This document shows, piece after piece, positions 52,902-64,000 of a DNA stretch of 64,000 nucleotides. The stretch lies in assembly GCA_026770705.1 (NCBI GenBank), contig JANJGN010000034.1, positions 5,332,001 through 5,396,000 of the forward strand. The letters run 5' to 3'. A program made the position numbers and the translations under genes. Position 1 is the stretch's first letter. The number at the start of each line of letters is the position of its first letter. This DNA is from Isurus oxyrinchus. Its lineage: Eukaryota. The notes beneath the pieces are model-generated. The model was given only the letters and a program-made list of their open reading frames with translations. It searched no databases and was not told the DNA's origin.

Positions 52902-55638
52902 TCACGACCTAAAGTTGTTGAATTCAATATTCAGACCGGAAGGCTGTAAGGTGCCTAGTCGGAAGATGAGGTGTTGTTCCTCCAGTTTGCGTTGGGCTTC
53001 ACTGCAACAATGCAGTAAGCCAAGGACAGACATGTGGGCAAGAGAGCAGGGTGGAGTGTTAAAATGGCAAGCGACAGGGAGGTTTGGGTCATTCTTGCGG
53101 ACAGACCGCAGGTGTTCTGCAAAGCGGTCACCCAGTTTACGTTTGGTCTCTCCAATGTAGAGGAGACCACATTGGGAGCAACGAATGCAGTAGACTAAGT
53201 TGGGGGAAATGCAAGTGAAATGCTGCTTCACTTGAAAGGAGTGTTTGGGCCCTTGGACGGTGAGGAGAGAGGAAGTGAAGGGGCAGGTGTTACATCTTTT
53301 GCGTGGGCATGGGGTGGTGCCATAGGAGGGGGGTTGAGGAGTAGGGGGTGATGGAGGAGTGGACCAGGGTGTCCCGGAGGGAGCGATCCCTACAGAATGC
53401 CGATAAGGGGTTGAAGGGAAGATGTGTTTGGTGGTGGCATCATGCTGGAGTTGGCGGAAATGGCGGAAGATGATCCTTTGAATGCGGAGGCTGGTGGGGT
53501 TATAAGTGAGGACAAGGGGGGGCCCTATCATGTTTCTGGGAGGGAGGAGAAGGCGTGAGGGCGGATGCATGGGAGATGGGCCGGACACGGTTGAGGGCCC
53601 TGTCAACGATCGTCGGTGGAAAACCTCGGTTAAGGAAGAAGGAGGACATGTCAGAGGAACCGTTTTTGAAGGTAGCGTCATCGGAACAGATGCGACGAAG
53701 GCGAAGGAACTGGGAGAATGGGATGGAGTCCTTACAGGAAGCAGGGTGTGAGGAGCTGTAGTCGAGGTAGCTGTGGGAGTCAGTGGGTTTGTAATGGATA
53801 ATGGTGGACAGTCTATCACCAGAGATTGAGACAGCGAGGTCAAGGAAGGGAAGGGAAGTGTCAGAGATGGACCACGTGAAAATGATGGAGGGGTGGAGAT
53901 TGGAAGCAAAATTAATAAATTTTTCCAAGTCCCGACGAGAGCATGAAGCGGCACCGAAGTAATCATCGATGCACCGGAGAAAAAGTTGTGGAAGGGGGCC
54001 GGAGTAGGACTGCAACAAGGAATGTTCCACATAGCTGGGGCCCATGCGGGTACCCATAGCCACACCTTTTATTTTGAGAAAGTGAGAGGAGTTGAAGGAG
54101 AAATTGTTCAACGTGAGAACAAGTTCAGCCAGACGGAGGAGATTAGTGGTGGATGGGGATTGTTCGGGCCTCTGTTCGAGGAAGAAGCTAAGGGCCCTCA
54201 GACCATCCTGGTGGGGGATGGAGGTGTAGAGGGATTGGACGTCCATGGTGAAGAGGAAGCGGTTGGAGCCAGGGAACTGGAAATTGTTGATGTGACGTAA
54301 GGTGTCAGAGGAATCACGGATGTAGTTGGGAAGGGACTGGACAAGGGGAGAGAGAGGGGAGTCAGGATAACGAGAAATGAGTTCTGTGGGGCAGGAGCAA
54401 GCTGAGACGATCGATCTACCGGCGCAGTTCTGTTTGTGGATTTTGGGTAGGAGATAGAAGCAGGCCGTCCGAGGTTGGGCGACTATCAGGTTGGAAGCTG
54501 TGGGAGGGAGATTCCCAGAGGAGATGAGGTCAGTGACAGTCGTGGAAACAATGGCTTGATGTTCAGTGGTGGGGTCATGGTCCAGGGAGAGGTAGGAGGA
54601 AGTGTCTGCGAGTTGACGCTCAGCCTCCGCGAGGTAGAGGTCAGTGCGCCAGACAACAACAGCACCACCTTTGTCAGCGGGTTTGATGACAATGTCATGG
54701 TTGGACCTGAGAGAATGGAGTGCAGTAAGTTCAGAGAGAGACAGGTTAGAATGGGTGAGAGGAGCAGAGAAATTGAGACGACTAATGTCGCGCCGACAGT
54801 TCTCAATGAAAAGATCAAGAGAAGGTAAGAATCCAGAGGGAGGAGTCCAGGTGGAGGGAGAATATTGGAAATGGGTAAAAGGATCCGTTGAACTGGGAGA
54901 GGACTCCTGCCCAAAGAAGTGAGCCCGGAGACGAAGACGGCGAAAGAAGAGTTCAGTATCATGCCGAGCCCGAAATTCATTGAGGTGAGGGCGTAAGGGT
55001 ATGAAACTAAATCCTTTGCTGAGCACTGAACCTTCAGCATCGGAGAGGGGAAGGTCAGGGGGTATAGTGAATACACAGCTGGGGCTGGGATTGGAAGATG
55101 GGGTGGGGACGGAGGGACAGGCTGGGGTGGAGGGTACTAGATGGGTGTTGGTGTCGATGAGTTGTTGGAGCTTGCGTTTCTTCGCAGTTGAGAGAAAGAG
55201 AAAAAGTTTCTTGTTGAGGCGTCGGATGAGCCGAAGGATAAAATGAAACTGGGGGCACGCGCAGCTTTGAAAAAGGGTACGGCGGTGCTGCTGGAGGGAG
55301 AGGTCGAGTGTGTTCATATGGCGGCGCATGGCACTGAGTGTGGATTTCAGAATGTGACGGGAACAGCAGTCTGAGAAACGTTTTATGTCCCGGAGATACT
55401 GGTAATCCTGGGTGGGTTCGAAAGATGAGGGGTGGAATTTCAGTTGAAATCCACGTGGGGTAAGTCGGAGACGGAGACAGTCACTGAGAAAGGAGATATG
55501 GCTGTGAAAGCGGGTTTTAGTAAACACCTTGTCAAACACCAGGAGGGAAATGGAAAGCAAAGAAGGTGAACAAGGCAACAGAGAGATATGGAAATCTTGT
55601 CGAAGAGAGGAACAGAACTTCTTCAAGGAGGTAGGCAT
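52902..55638 (-). pseudogene. PLE polyprotein (N-terminal domain, reverse transcriptase, Cys-rich linker, GIY-YIG endonuclease), frameshifted; ~911 aa if the indels are repaired
   Basis: ORFs 53500-55638 and 52902-54065 join. Motifs: HISFLSDC..TPRGFQLK, LSKGFSFIP, IVIKPADKGGAVVV, FYLLPKIHK, TMDVQSLYTSIP, GVAMGTRMGPSY, RCIDD, LPFLDL, YKPTDSHSYL, linker CPRKRCNTC, endonuclease NLVYCIRCSQCGLLYIGET..R..EH..HFN..EQHLIFRLGTLQPSGLN. Three 1-bp indels near 53330, 53408 and 53518. Confidence 0.95.
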
Positions 55639-55773
55639 TTCTTGAAGAGCAGTGGCAGTCAGTTAAACACAGAGATGAAAACAAAGAAAACTGCAGATGC
55701 TGGAAATCCAAAACAAAAACAGAATTACCTGGAAAAACTCAGCAGGTCTGGCAGCATCGGCGGAGAAGAAAAG

Positions 55774-55812
55774 AGTTGACGTTTCGAGTCCTCATGACCC
55801 TTCGACAGAACT
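55774..55812 (-). ncRNA. Minimal type I hammerhead ribozyme fold (variant core), pLTR copy 2
   Basis: Identical 39-nt motif to copy 1; lies about 135 nt upstream of the ORF ATG at 55638. Confidence 0.8.
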
Positions 55813-56242
55813 TGATTTCGAGTCCAAGAAAGAGTTGAAATATTAGCTGGTTTAAGGTGTGTGTGTGTGTGTTGGGGGGTGGGGGTGGGGGGGGGGGGGG
55901 GGCTGGCGGAGAGATAGAGAGAGAGAGAGGTGCTTGTGTAGACAAACAAGCAGTGATAGAAGCAGATCATCAAAAGATGTCAGCGACAATGGTACAAAAA
56001 AACACATAGGTGTTAAAGTTAAAGTTGGTGATATTTATAAACGAATGTGCTAATTAAGAATGGATGGTAGGGCACTCAATGACTCAATGTACAGCTCTAG
56101 TGGGGGTGAGGGGAGCATAAAAGATTTTAAAATATTTAAAAATAATGGAAATAGGTGGGTAAAGAAAAATCTATAAAATTTATAGGGGAAAAAAAAAGGA
56201 AAAAGGGGGAAAAAGAAAGGGGGTGGGGATGGGGGAGGGAGC

Positions 56243-56979
56243 TCACGACCTAAAGTTGTTGAATTCAATATTCAGACCGGAAGGCTGTAAGGTGCCTCGT
56301 CGGAAGATGAGGTGTTGTTCCTCCAGTTTGCGTTGGGCTTCACTGGAACAATGCAGTAAGACAAGGACAGACATGTGGGCAAGAGAGCAGGGTGGAGTGT
56401 TAAAATGGCAAGCGACAGGGAAGTTTGGGTCATTCTTGCGGACAGATCGCAGGTGTTCTGCAAAGCGGTCACCCAGTTTACGTTTGGTCTCTCCAATGTA
56501 GAGGAGACCACATTGGGAGCAACGAATGCAGTCGACTAAGTTGGGGGAAATGCAAGTGAAATGCTGCTTCACTTGAAAGAGGTGTTTGGGCCCTTGGACG
56601 GTGAGGAGAGAGGAAGTGAAGGGGCAGGTGTTACATCTTTTGCGTGGGCATGGGGTGGTGCCATAGGAGGGGGTTGAGGAGTAGGGGGTGATGGAGGAGT
56701 GGACCAGGGTGTCCCGGAGGGAGCGATCCCTACGGAATGCCGATAAGGGGGGTGAAGGGAAGATGTGTTTGGTGGTGGCATCATGCTGGAGTTGGCGGAA
56801 ATGGCGGAGGATGATCCTTTGAATGCGGAGGCTGGTGGGGTTATAAGTGAGGACAAGGGGGGCCCTATCATGTTTCTGGGAGGGAGGAGACGGCGTGAGG
56901 GCGGATGCGCAGGAGATGGGCCGGACACGGTTGAGGGCCCTGTCAACGACCGTCGGTGGAAAACCTCGGTTAAGGAAGA
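56243..56979 (-). pseudogene. 5'-truncated second copy of the PLE ORF (RT thumb, linker, GIY-YIG); reading frame open throughout
   Basis: Manual translation gives FLNRGFPPTVVDRAL..HDRAPLVLTYNP..KHIFPSPPLSAFRRDRSLRDTLVHS..CPRKRCNTC..GLNIEFNNFRS with no stop. Roughly 2% diverged from the first copy by eye. Confidence 0.92.
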
Positions 56980-57072
56980 TGATCTGCTTCTATCACTGCT
57001 TGTTTGTCTACACAAGCACCTCTCTCTCTCTCTATCTCTCCGCCCACCCCCCCACCCCCCCACCCCCCCCCC

Positions 57073-57103
<31 letters not shown>

Positions 57104-57287
57104 ACACCTTAAACCAGCTTATATTTCAACTCTTTCTTGGACTCGAAATCAAGTTCTGTCGAAGGGTCATGAGGACTCGAAACGTCAACTCTTTTCTTCT
57201 CCGCCGATGCTGCCAGACCTGCTGAGTTTTGCCAGGTAATTCTGTTTTTGTTTTGGATTTCCAGCATCCGCAGTTTTCTTTGTTTTT
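56978..57287 (+). repeat. Inverted pLTR fragment of the PLE
   Basis: Reverse complement of ~55677-55971. The junction with the ORF fragment shares a 2-nt GA microhomology (56978-56979). Confidence 0.95.
57152..57190 (+). ncRNA. Minimal type I hammerhead ribozyme fold (variant core), inverted pLTR copy 3
   Basis: agttctgtcgaagggtcatgaggactcgaaacgtcaact read directly on the + strand; predicted cleavage after 57186. Confidence 0.8.
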
Positions 57288-57301
57288 ATCAATAGAGTAA
57301 A
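57288..57301 (+). repeat. Target-site duplication, right copy
   Basis: ATCAATAGAGTAAA, identical to 52342-52355. Confidence 0.92.
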
Positions 57302-59639
57302 TCCGACTTGGTGAACGAGAAGCTGGAGGGACTGAAATGGAAAACTCATACATTACATGAAAGTTGAATCGAAATTTGGTGTCCGGTCAATACTGCGCCC
57401 TATATGAAGGAACCTGTATTGTTAAATTCCCTCTGTGTATTTAGAAGCAATTGTGAATGAGTCAACACCAACTGCCAGCGTTTCGGGTTCTCCGGCTGCA
57501 GCTCTAACATCGGCAGCGGGGCAGGCAGTCTTTTCGATCCCAGGTTTCCTTTGACAGCTGTCCCCGAGATGCTAGGAGTTGTGAGACACAATTTATTTTG
57601 TTTTATGCAGGGAGCCTGAGAACTTCGCTCACACACCTCGGTTTCCGTGGCCATTGGGGAACATTGACCTGCAAGACCTGCATCTCTATGGAGCCCTACG
57701 TTTTTGGAGATATATGCCATTGCGTTTCCCTGGAAATATTGCGTGTGGACACGCTGCTCTTTCAGGCTGCTCTTCAGCGAGCTCAACATTAGTGTTTATT
57801 ACAGGCAGACGAAGCTTGGCCTGAGGTAGAGTGCAGCCGCAGGAGCAGCGGGAGTGCGAGGATGAAGTACAGGTGTCAGTTCACTGCCTTTGGAAGCCCT
57901 GGAAATGGATGAAGTATGTGTGCAGCAGACAGCACCTCAGTCAATCTTAAGACGTTGTCTGATCTGTGCACATATAATACTAGGGTACGAGGAAAGTAAG
58001 GGAACAAAGACCTCCTAATTAAGGCACCCAAAGTGCTGGATTCGTGCCGGTGGCTACGTGCTGAAGTGCAGCCTTTCGACACTCCTAGTGCACAGCCATA
58101 AGCAAAGAAATGAAGTACCTGAGAGTTAAGCATTAGTTTGGGACTTTTGAATTTAGACTCCATTTCACTGTAAATGTTCACAAGCGGAAGGATAGAGAGG
58201 ATCTCCAGGCTTATTTGTTGCTGGTGTTGAAGGTAATTCAAAGGGTAAATTATTGAAGGGATGGTGCTGAATTGACGAGTGTGGTGGGGGGAATTTGACC
58301 GATTTTTTTTGTTACTCTTAATGATACCAGACCTCTTCGTAGGCTCTAAAGAAAGTATGTGGGATCAATTGTTAGTGTTTGTCTTTCAGTATGCGGTTAG
58401 TGCTCAGTATTGGACAGGAAATTCATGCCTTACTGGGTGATTTCGGACAATTGGATATTGGAAAATATATATTGCTCCTTTGCTTCATTGAATATTCTGC
58501 CTTATCAATTATTCTGTCTGTCATATATGGTTGCATGGAATGCCTGGGATTTGAAATTTCGAACACAAAGAAATGGTAACATAACATTGTAAAAAAGGGT
58601 GCGCACTTTCCAGTATCTCAAATCCACATGAAGACATACCTGTTTCGATTTCCCAAAGATAGGTATTGCATGGTCTCACTGTGGATATTATGATACTCAC
58701 CGAAATGAAAGATGCTTTTCTCAATTTTTTTGTTTATTCTGGAAAGGGAAGTATTATCCTTGAGTGACACGCAACTATTAACCAAATACTTGGCAAATAC
58801 ATCAATATACGATTTGAGTAAACTGTTGTGTCTTAAAGTTGAATTACAGATTCAGGTAATATCACAATATCAGGGAATGGAAGAATGAGAGCCTCACCAC
58901 GTCACAACACAGCTGGAGCTGTTTGGATTTCATTTGCAGTTAAGGCAGCGTGAAATACACTTGAACTTGAATAGGATACAGGCAGAGGCAAGCGAAGGCT
59001 TGACTTTGAACTCAAGAGACAAAAGTTACCTAGGGAATAAGGAGATAAGGAAGGTGAAAAACAGAAAAAGAGTAAAATCTGGCTAAATAAAAACTTAGAT
59101 TACAGAGTGAAAGAGAGGCCAATAGTTCGGAGGATGCATCGACTCCTATTCCAAAATTTAAGAAGAATTTATTCCGGTCATATCATGTTATATATTTGCA
59201 TGACCTGACGTGTAGCTGTTTGAACGAACTCAATATTGGATGCTGTATTTTCATAGAGTTATCTTAGCAAGAAGTTGGGGTTCAATATTTCCCAACCATA
59301 TCCTGCATCGTAATCTGTTAGTGAACATTTATGGATGGAGTGGCATACAGATAGCAGCTTAGAGTATATGCTATTTTATCTTAGTCAACAGTGCAGATTA
59401 GGGGAAAAAATGACCTCAAACGATTTCAGTCTGTTGATGCCTGTAAATGAAGCCAGGAAGGCAACCAGCTGACATTCTGATATTGCATTTCAGACCTCGA
59501 CAATATGTTCAAGAAAATGAAAAAACAGGGTAAGCAAACAAAAAACCTTGTTTATTAATTTATGTTCTTGAGAGTAGCTATTTTAAGACACATATGTAAT
59601 GGGCGAAACGTCTGTCTCCTTTAAGGCATGACGAATCAT

Positions 59640-60015
59640 TATGAAAAATGTTACATTATATTATCATTGTCCATTGTAGTTTAGAAGGGATAAAGGTGAT
59701 TTAATTGAAAAAAAATATGAGATCCTGAGGAGTCTTGACAGGGTTAATGTGGGCATATTTTTTCGTCCTGCGAGGTAATCTACAACAAGTTGTCACAGTT
59801 TAAGACCTAAATTAGGAGACTGTATCTCTCACTAACGGTCGTCTGTCTTAGTAACACTCTTCATCATTAGTTGTTGGAAGCAGGTTGTTTTGTTTTTTTT
59901 CAGCAGAGGTGCAAAGATTCTTTGGAATCAATAGTTGAAATGTTATAGTGGGTAAGAGGCAATGTGCAAACATTAGAGCAGGTTCAAGGGGCCAAGCCTA
60001 CTTCTCCAACTCCTA
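59640..60015 (+). mobile_element. CR1 LINE 3' end
   Basis: KGDLIE..YEILRSLDRVNV at 59690-59752; tail agagcaggttcaaggggccaagcctacttctccaactccta. Confidence 0.75.
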
Positions 60016-62369
60016 ATGCGTATGACTGTATCTATCAATTGTGCTACATGCATAGCAGTTAAGCATGGCATTATTTTTACCTCACAACTGGAGACACCTA
60101 GAGTGTTCTCCGTTCTCCTCGGGGCAGACAAAATTAAACGGATAATTAATAGAGATGAAAACATATATCTTCAAAGACAGCAAGGGAGAGGTGGGGAGAG
60201 AGGGAGAGACAACAGTAAATTAAATCTGAATGCTAACTGGTGAGCTGCCAAAGTACATAGATTTGATAAATCTGGTGACATATGTCAATTAGTTATCTGG
60301 TGAATGCTTTTGTGCTAAGAGTTTATACAAATGCTAATATAGCAGAAACTAATTGAATAGTACATTTTAAAAGGGAGTTGAGCAATTTTAATAAACCAGA
60401 AAAGAAACAGAACAATTAGGAATGACAGCCGATTTTGAAATAATTTGACATTTCCCTACAAAATGCAAGCACAGTCCTCATTGAAGTGTTCACACGAATC
60501 AGCACAGTGGTCTGCCACCTTGATGAGAATTCTAACAGATAATTGAATTTCAAGATTTTGCTTTGGTCTCTTGACGCCTTGTCTTCGCTGTGTCGGAAGA
60601 TGATATGTTAGAGGGCCAGAACTTCCTCTACAACATGTAATTCTGTTCATTGTTAGCATACGGCCACTTGAGTAGGGTTACATCTGATGTGTTGAGTATT
60701 TGGTGACGCAGTAAAATGAAGCCTCATATTGTCTCCATTTAATTAGGGCCAAGCTTTTCATAGCAAAATATTCCATGAAGTCATCCGAATGTAAAAGTCG
60801 CAATGGAGGAAAAACAAAACTGGCATTTTTGCATGGCGATGATAATGCGACCTTTTCTGCATCCACCTATAGAAGAGAACTGAAAGTAAACTGCGGATAA
60901 TTAATATATTGCAGTTTCTATGAATGGCTATATAATCAATACACCAGAAAATAATTGGCATAGGCTTCACATAAAAGTGGCTTGTTTAATTATGCTGCCA
61001 ATATTGAATTAACACACACGATTTAGTGGAAATATGGGACTCATCCCCAAAAATGAAGTGAATGAAGAGGGATACATTTAAATTTACAAATTAGTGTTAG
61101 TTTTGTGTTGGATTGCAAGGGCATCAATGACATTGAACAAGTGTGTGTACTTGCGGTTATGATGCAAATCAGTCATTACCTACTTTCTTCTTTTAATGCA
61201 GCCAAGGCCATTCAATATTTTTGTATTTATTTATAGGCGATCAGTTACTGAAAAAAGCTAAAGGTAAAAAATAAAAAAAAACATTATTAAGCCTCACAAA
61301 AAATTGACTGTTCCTAATCAGAAAGGAAAAATAAATCCTTTGGCAAATGAGATTTTCTAATAGGTATTCCAAAAATATTATTTTTTTCATGACGCTGATC
61401 TTGTCAGGCATCGTTCACTGTATGGAATATTAATATCCGCTGAGAAAGCTGCTTTGAAAGGAGAAATCTGAAACATGTTGGCGGAAACTAAGTAACATTA
61501 CTGGCAAATGATGTTTAACCAATAGCCCATCAGACATCGTAAACCCCGTCAAGAAAGGACGATTTCTTAGTTGAGATTAAGAATCTTCCAGAGGGTCAAT
61601 CAACATTGATCCCAAAAATAAATATTATCTACAAGCAGTTGAAATAATATGTGAAGTTTGAATTTTAGAAAATGCTAATTGGCCCAACTGGTCTTCGCTG
61701 ATTGATGCCTGCTTCATACGAATCTCACTCCGCCTCTAAACCCTGACACAGAACCATCAATTACGGGATGCCATGGATCAGAATGCTGTTCTATTCGGCT
61801 TGTTACCTATCTAACTTTACATGAAAGGTCTCGATGAAATTTCCTTTTGACGCACCAAGAGAATTAAGTTTAATATTAAGTGGATGAGTTCTCCTTTTTC
61901 AGGAAAGGAAAATGTTTGTGTGTCATATCACCAAGTTATTTATCATTTAAAAATTAAACTGGAACACCCTGTCATTTTTTTGCACTAGAATTTAGCATAA
62001 GCTGCAGATAACTTCAAAGCGCCTTCTTTATTGGCCAGATGAGCGGTAAATTTGAGTCAAAATCCTGATATTTGTGCCCATACTCTGTTCTGACACTTTA
62101 GTAGAGGGAATAAGGCAAGAGGGAATAAGGCAACATCGTATTTTAGATGGGACATTGACACTACACCTGATCCCCCATCATACATGGCAGCAACAAAAAA
62201 GAGCGTGTTAGCGTTTCTAACACAACAACAGCAATGTCGACTCGAAAATGAAAGGCTCTTTTTCAAGAATGGTGACGATGAAATTATCGAGTTTTCACAA
62301 GAAAATTAAGCACTTCATATTTAGGAGCCAAGTTGAACTATTTATCCTTGTTTCTGCATCGCCAGAGGC

Positions 62370-63560
62370 GCAAGCAAGGACAATATTTGTTTGGCATCCC
62401 TAATTGACCTTGAGGAAGTGGACATGAGCCATTTGCTTGTTGCACCGAGTGCAGCATAATCCCCAGTGCTATTAGAAAATACTTTCAAATATGTGATCCA
62501 TTGCCAGCGAAGGAAAGGTAAGACAGTTCCAAGTCAAAGTGTTTTTTGCATTGCATGAGAGCTTGGAGGATGTTTTGTTCCCATGCATCCACTGCTGTTG
62601 ACGTTCAAGGTGGTAATGATCTCGTGTTTGAATTATCGTGTTGATGGAACCTTCAAGGGGCTCCCTGAAGTGTGTCTTGTGTATGATATCGACTGCTGTC
62701 ACTGTGGGTTGGTGATGGAGTAAATTAATATTCAAAATAGTGGATGGTCTACCTTTCAAGGCAGTTGCCCATTCCTTTGTGGTGCAGAGCTTCCGGAATG
62801 CTACTGGAGACTCCTTCATTTAAACAGGCAGAATTACATCATATTCATGATTTTGGCCTTATCCATCAATAGCAGAATTCAGAGACAGGGGCTGAGTTAC
62901 TCGCAGCAGAATTCCCGGGCACTCTTCAGATATTGCAACAGAGTTACATTTCTCGTGAATGGCTGTCCACAACATGCTATTTGTGGAGATGCAAGGAAGG
63001 CTATGGCGCTGAATGTCAAGTGTAGATGGGTAGAGTTCTCCCGCTGGAGATAGTCAACGCCTAGCACTTGTGTGGCATAATAGTTACTTGGCAATTAACA
63101 GCCCAGTGTTAAAAGTTGCCCAGGTATTGTTACATATGGACAGCAGGCTTCTTCAATATATAGTTCCAATAAATTATACTGACACTTCATCATGCGGTCA
63201 TAAACAAACATTTGCGCCTTTGACATTATGATAGAAGATTGATTATTGATGAATCAGCTGAGGATGACTGGGCCGAGAACATTACATTGAAGAGCTCTTG
63301 CAATCATGTCGGCAGACTGTCATAATTGGCCTGCAACTACTAGTAGCATATTCATGTGTTATGTGTGACTACAACAGTGGAGGGTATACCGACACCCCTG
63401 CCCTATTTTACAATGTCATCAATTTTGACAGCACTACTTAATGCCACACATGATTGCATGTTGCTTTGATATCAAAGGTAAATTCCGGCAAATCATCACT
63501 TATGCTTTGTGTTTTATAGACGTTTAGGCAGCACTCTGAAGATGACAGGAGCATGGTGGC
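62370..63560 (-). mobile_element. 3' half of a decayed LINE of the 11290-14360 family
   Basis: caatatttgtttggcatccctaattgaccttgag.., cagttccaagtca.. and gctttgatatcaaaggta are colinear with 11325-12350. Confidence 0.7.
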
Positions 63561-64000
63561 TGTTGAAGAAGACAAGCTGAACAACCCCCATATACACTTT
63601 TGCTGTTTAATATTGTTTAAAGTTTAATTTTAATGTGCGCTTGATCACAGTACAGGAGGAATGCACAAGACAACCATTCCAAACGCCTTAGTATCACATT
63701 ATTTCGTGGGTTGTGGGTTTTGCTGCCGAGGCTAGCATTTGTTGACCATCCAATATTGCCTTTGAACTGAATGACTTGCTATGCCATTTCAGACAGAAGG
63801 CACATTTTGCAGCTTTACACGATTGGCAACTCTTCATTCTATCTCTGTCGGGTTCAGGTCCTGGGCTTCTAACTGGCTTTCTGAAACGAACCAGAATGTA
63901 TCCATTCATTGTTTACCAAAGGCATTTAAAGGGGTTCGCCAGAGCAAGACTTCACAAAGTGTGTTTAAGTAACATGATGGCACAATGTGTTTCGATATTG

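Larger units (their letters stand above)
52356..57287 (-). mobile_element. Penelope-like retroelement (Neptune-type): full unit + partial tandem copy + inverted pLTR
   Basis: RT and C-terminal GIY-YIG ORF. 52356-~53639 recurs at ~55713-56979 (period 3357 bp, from identical motifs at 52417 and 55774). 56978-57287 is an inverted copy of the pLTR. Flanked by the direct repeat ATCAATAGAGTAAA. Confidence 0.96.

Noticed and set aside
57790-57950. Possible host exon after tttattacag
   Set aside because: No recognisable protein similarity and no convincing donor or frame.
1-64000. CRISPR arrays, rRNA genes, prokaryotic operons
   Set aside because: No regular repeat-spacer structure, no rRNA signatures and very low coding density; the sequence looks vertebrate.

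Overview
Eukaryotic, repeat-rich genomic DNA with no host protein-coding gene that I can support. The repeat families present (CR1/HER1-like LINEs, SacSINE1-like Deu-SINE, Neptune-type Penelope elements) suggest a cartilaginous fish; this is inference from recalled consensus sequences. The only near-intact coding sequence belongs to a young Penelope-like retroelement (PLE) at 52356-57287. It comprises one full 3357-bp unit (RT + Cys linker + GIY-YIG endonuclease, now disabled), a partial tandem copy and an inverted pseudo-LTR (pLTR), flanked by a target-site duplication (TSD) of up to 14 bp. Each of its three pLTR copies carries a minimal type I hammerhead ribozyme fold with a non-canonical core (CUGUCGA instead of CUGANGA), preceded by a permuted duplicate of two ribozyme strands. 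Older PLE relics in the window form fold-back structures with both 3' ends pointing outward. The rest is decayed CR1/L2-group LINEs, Gypsy fragments, SINEs and two assembly gaps. One ~3-kb LINE appears to begin with the same tRNA-like head and body as a local SINE family. Boundaries of decayed elements are approximate and were read by eye.
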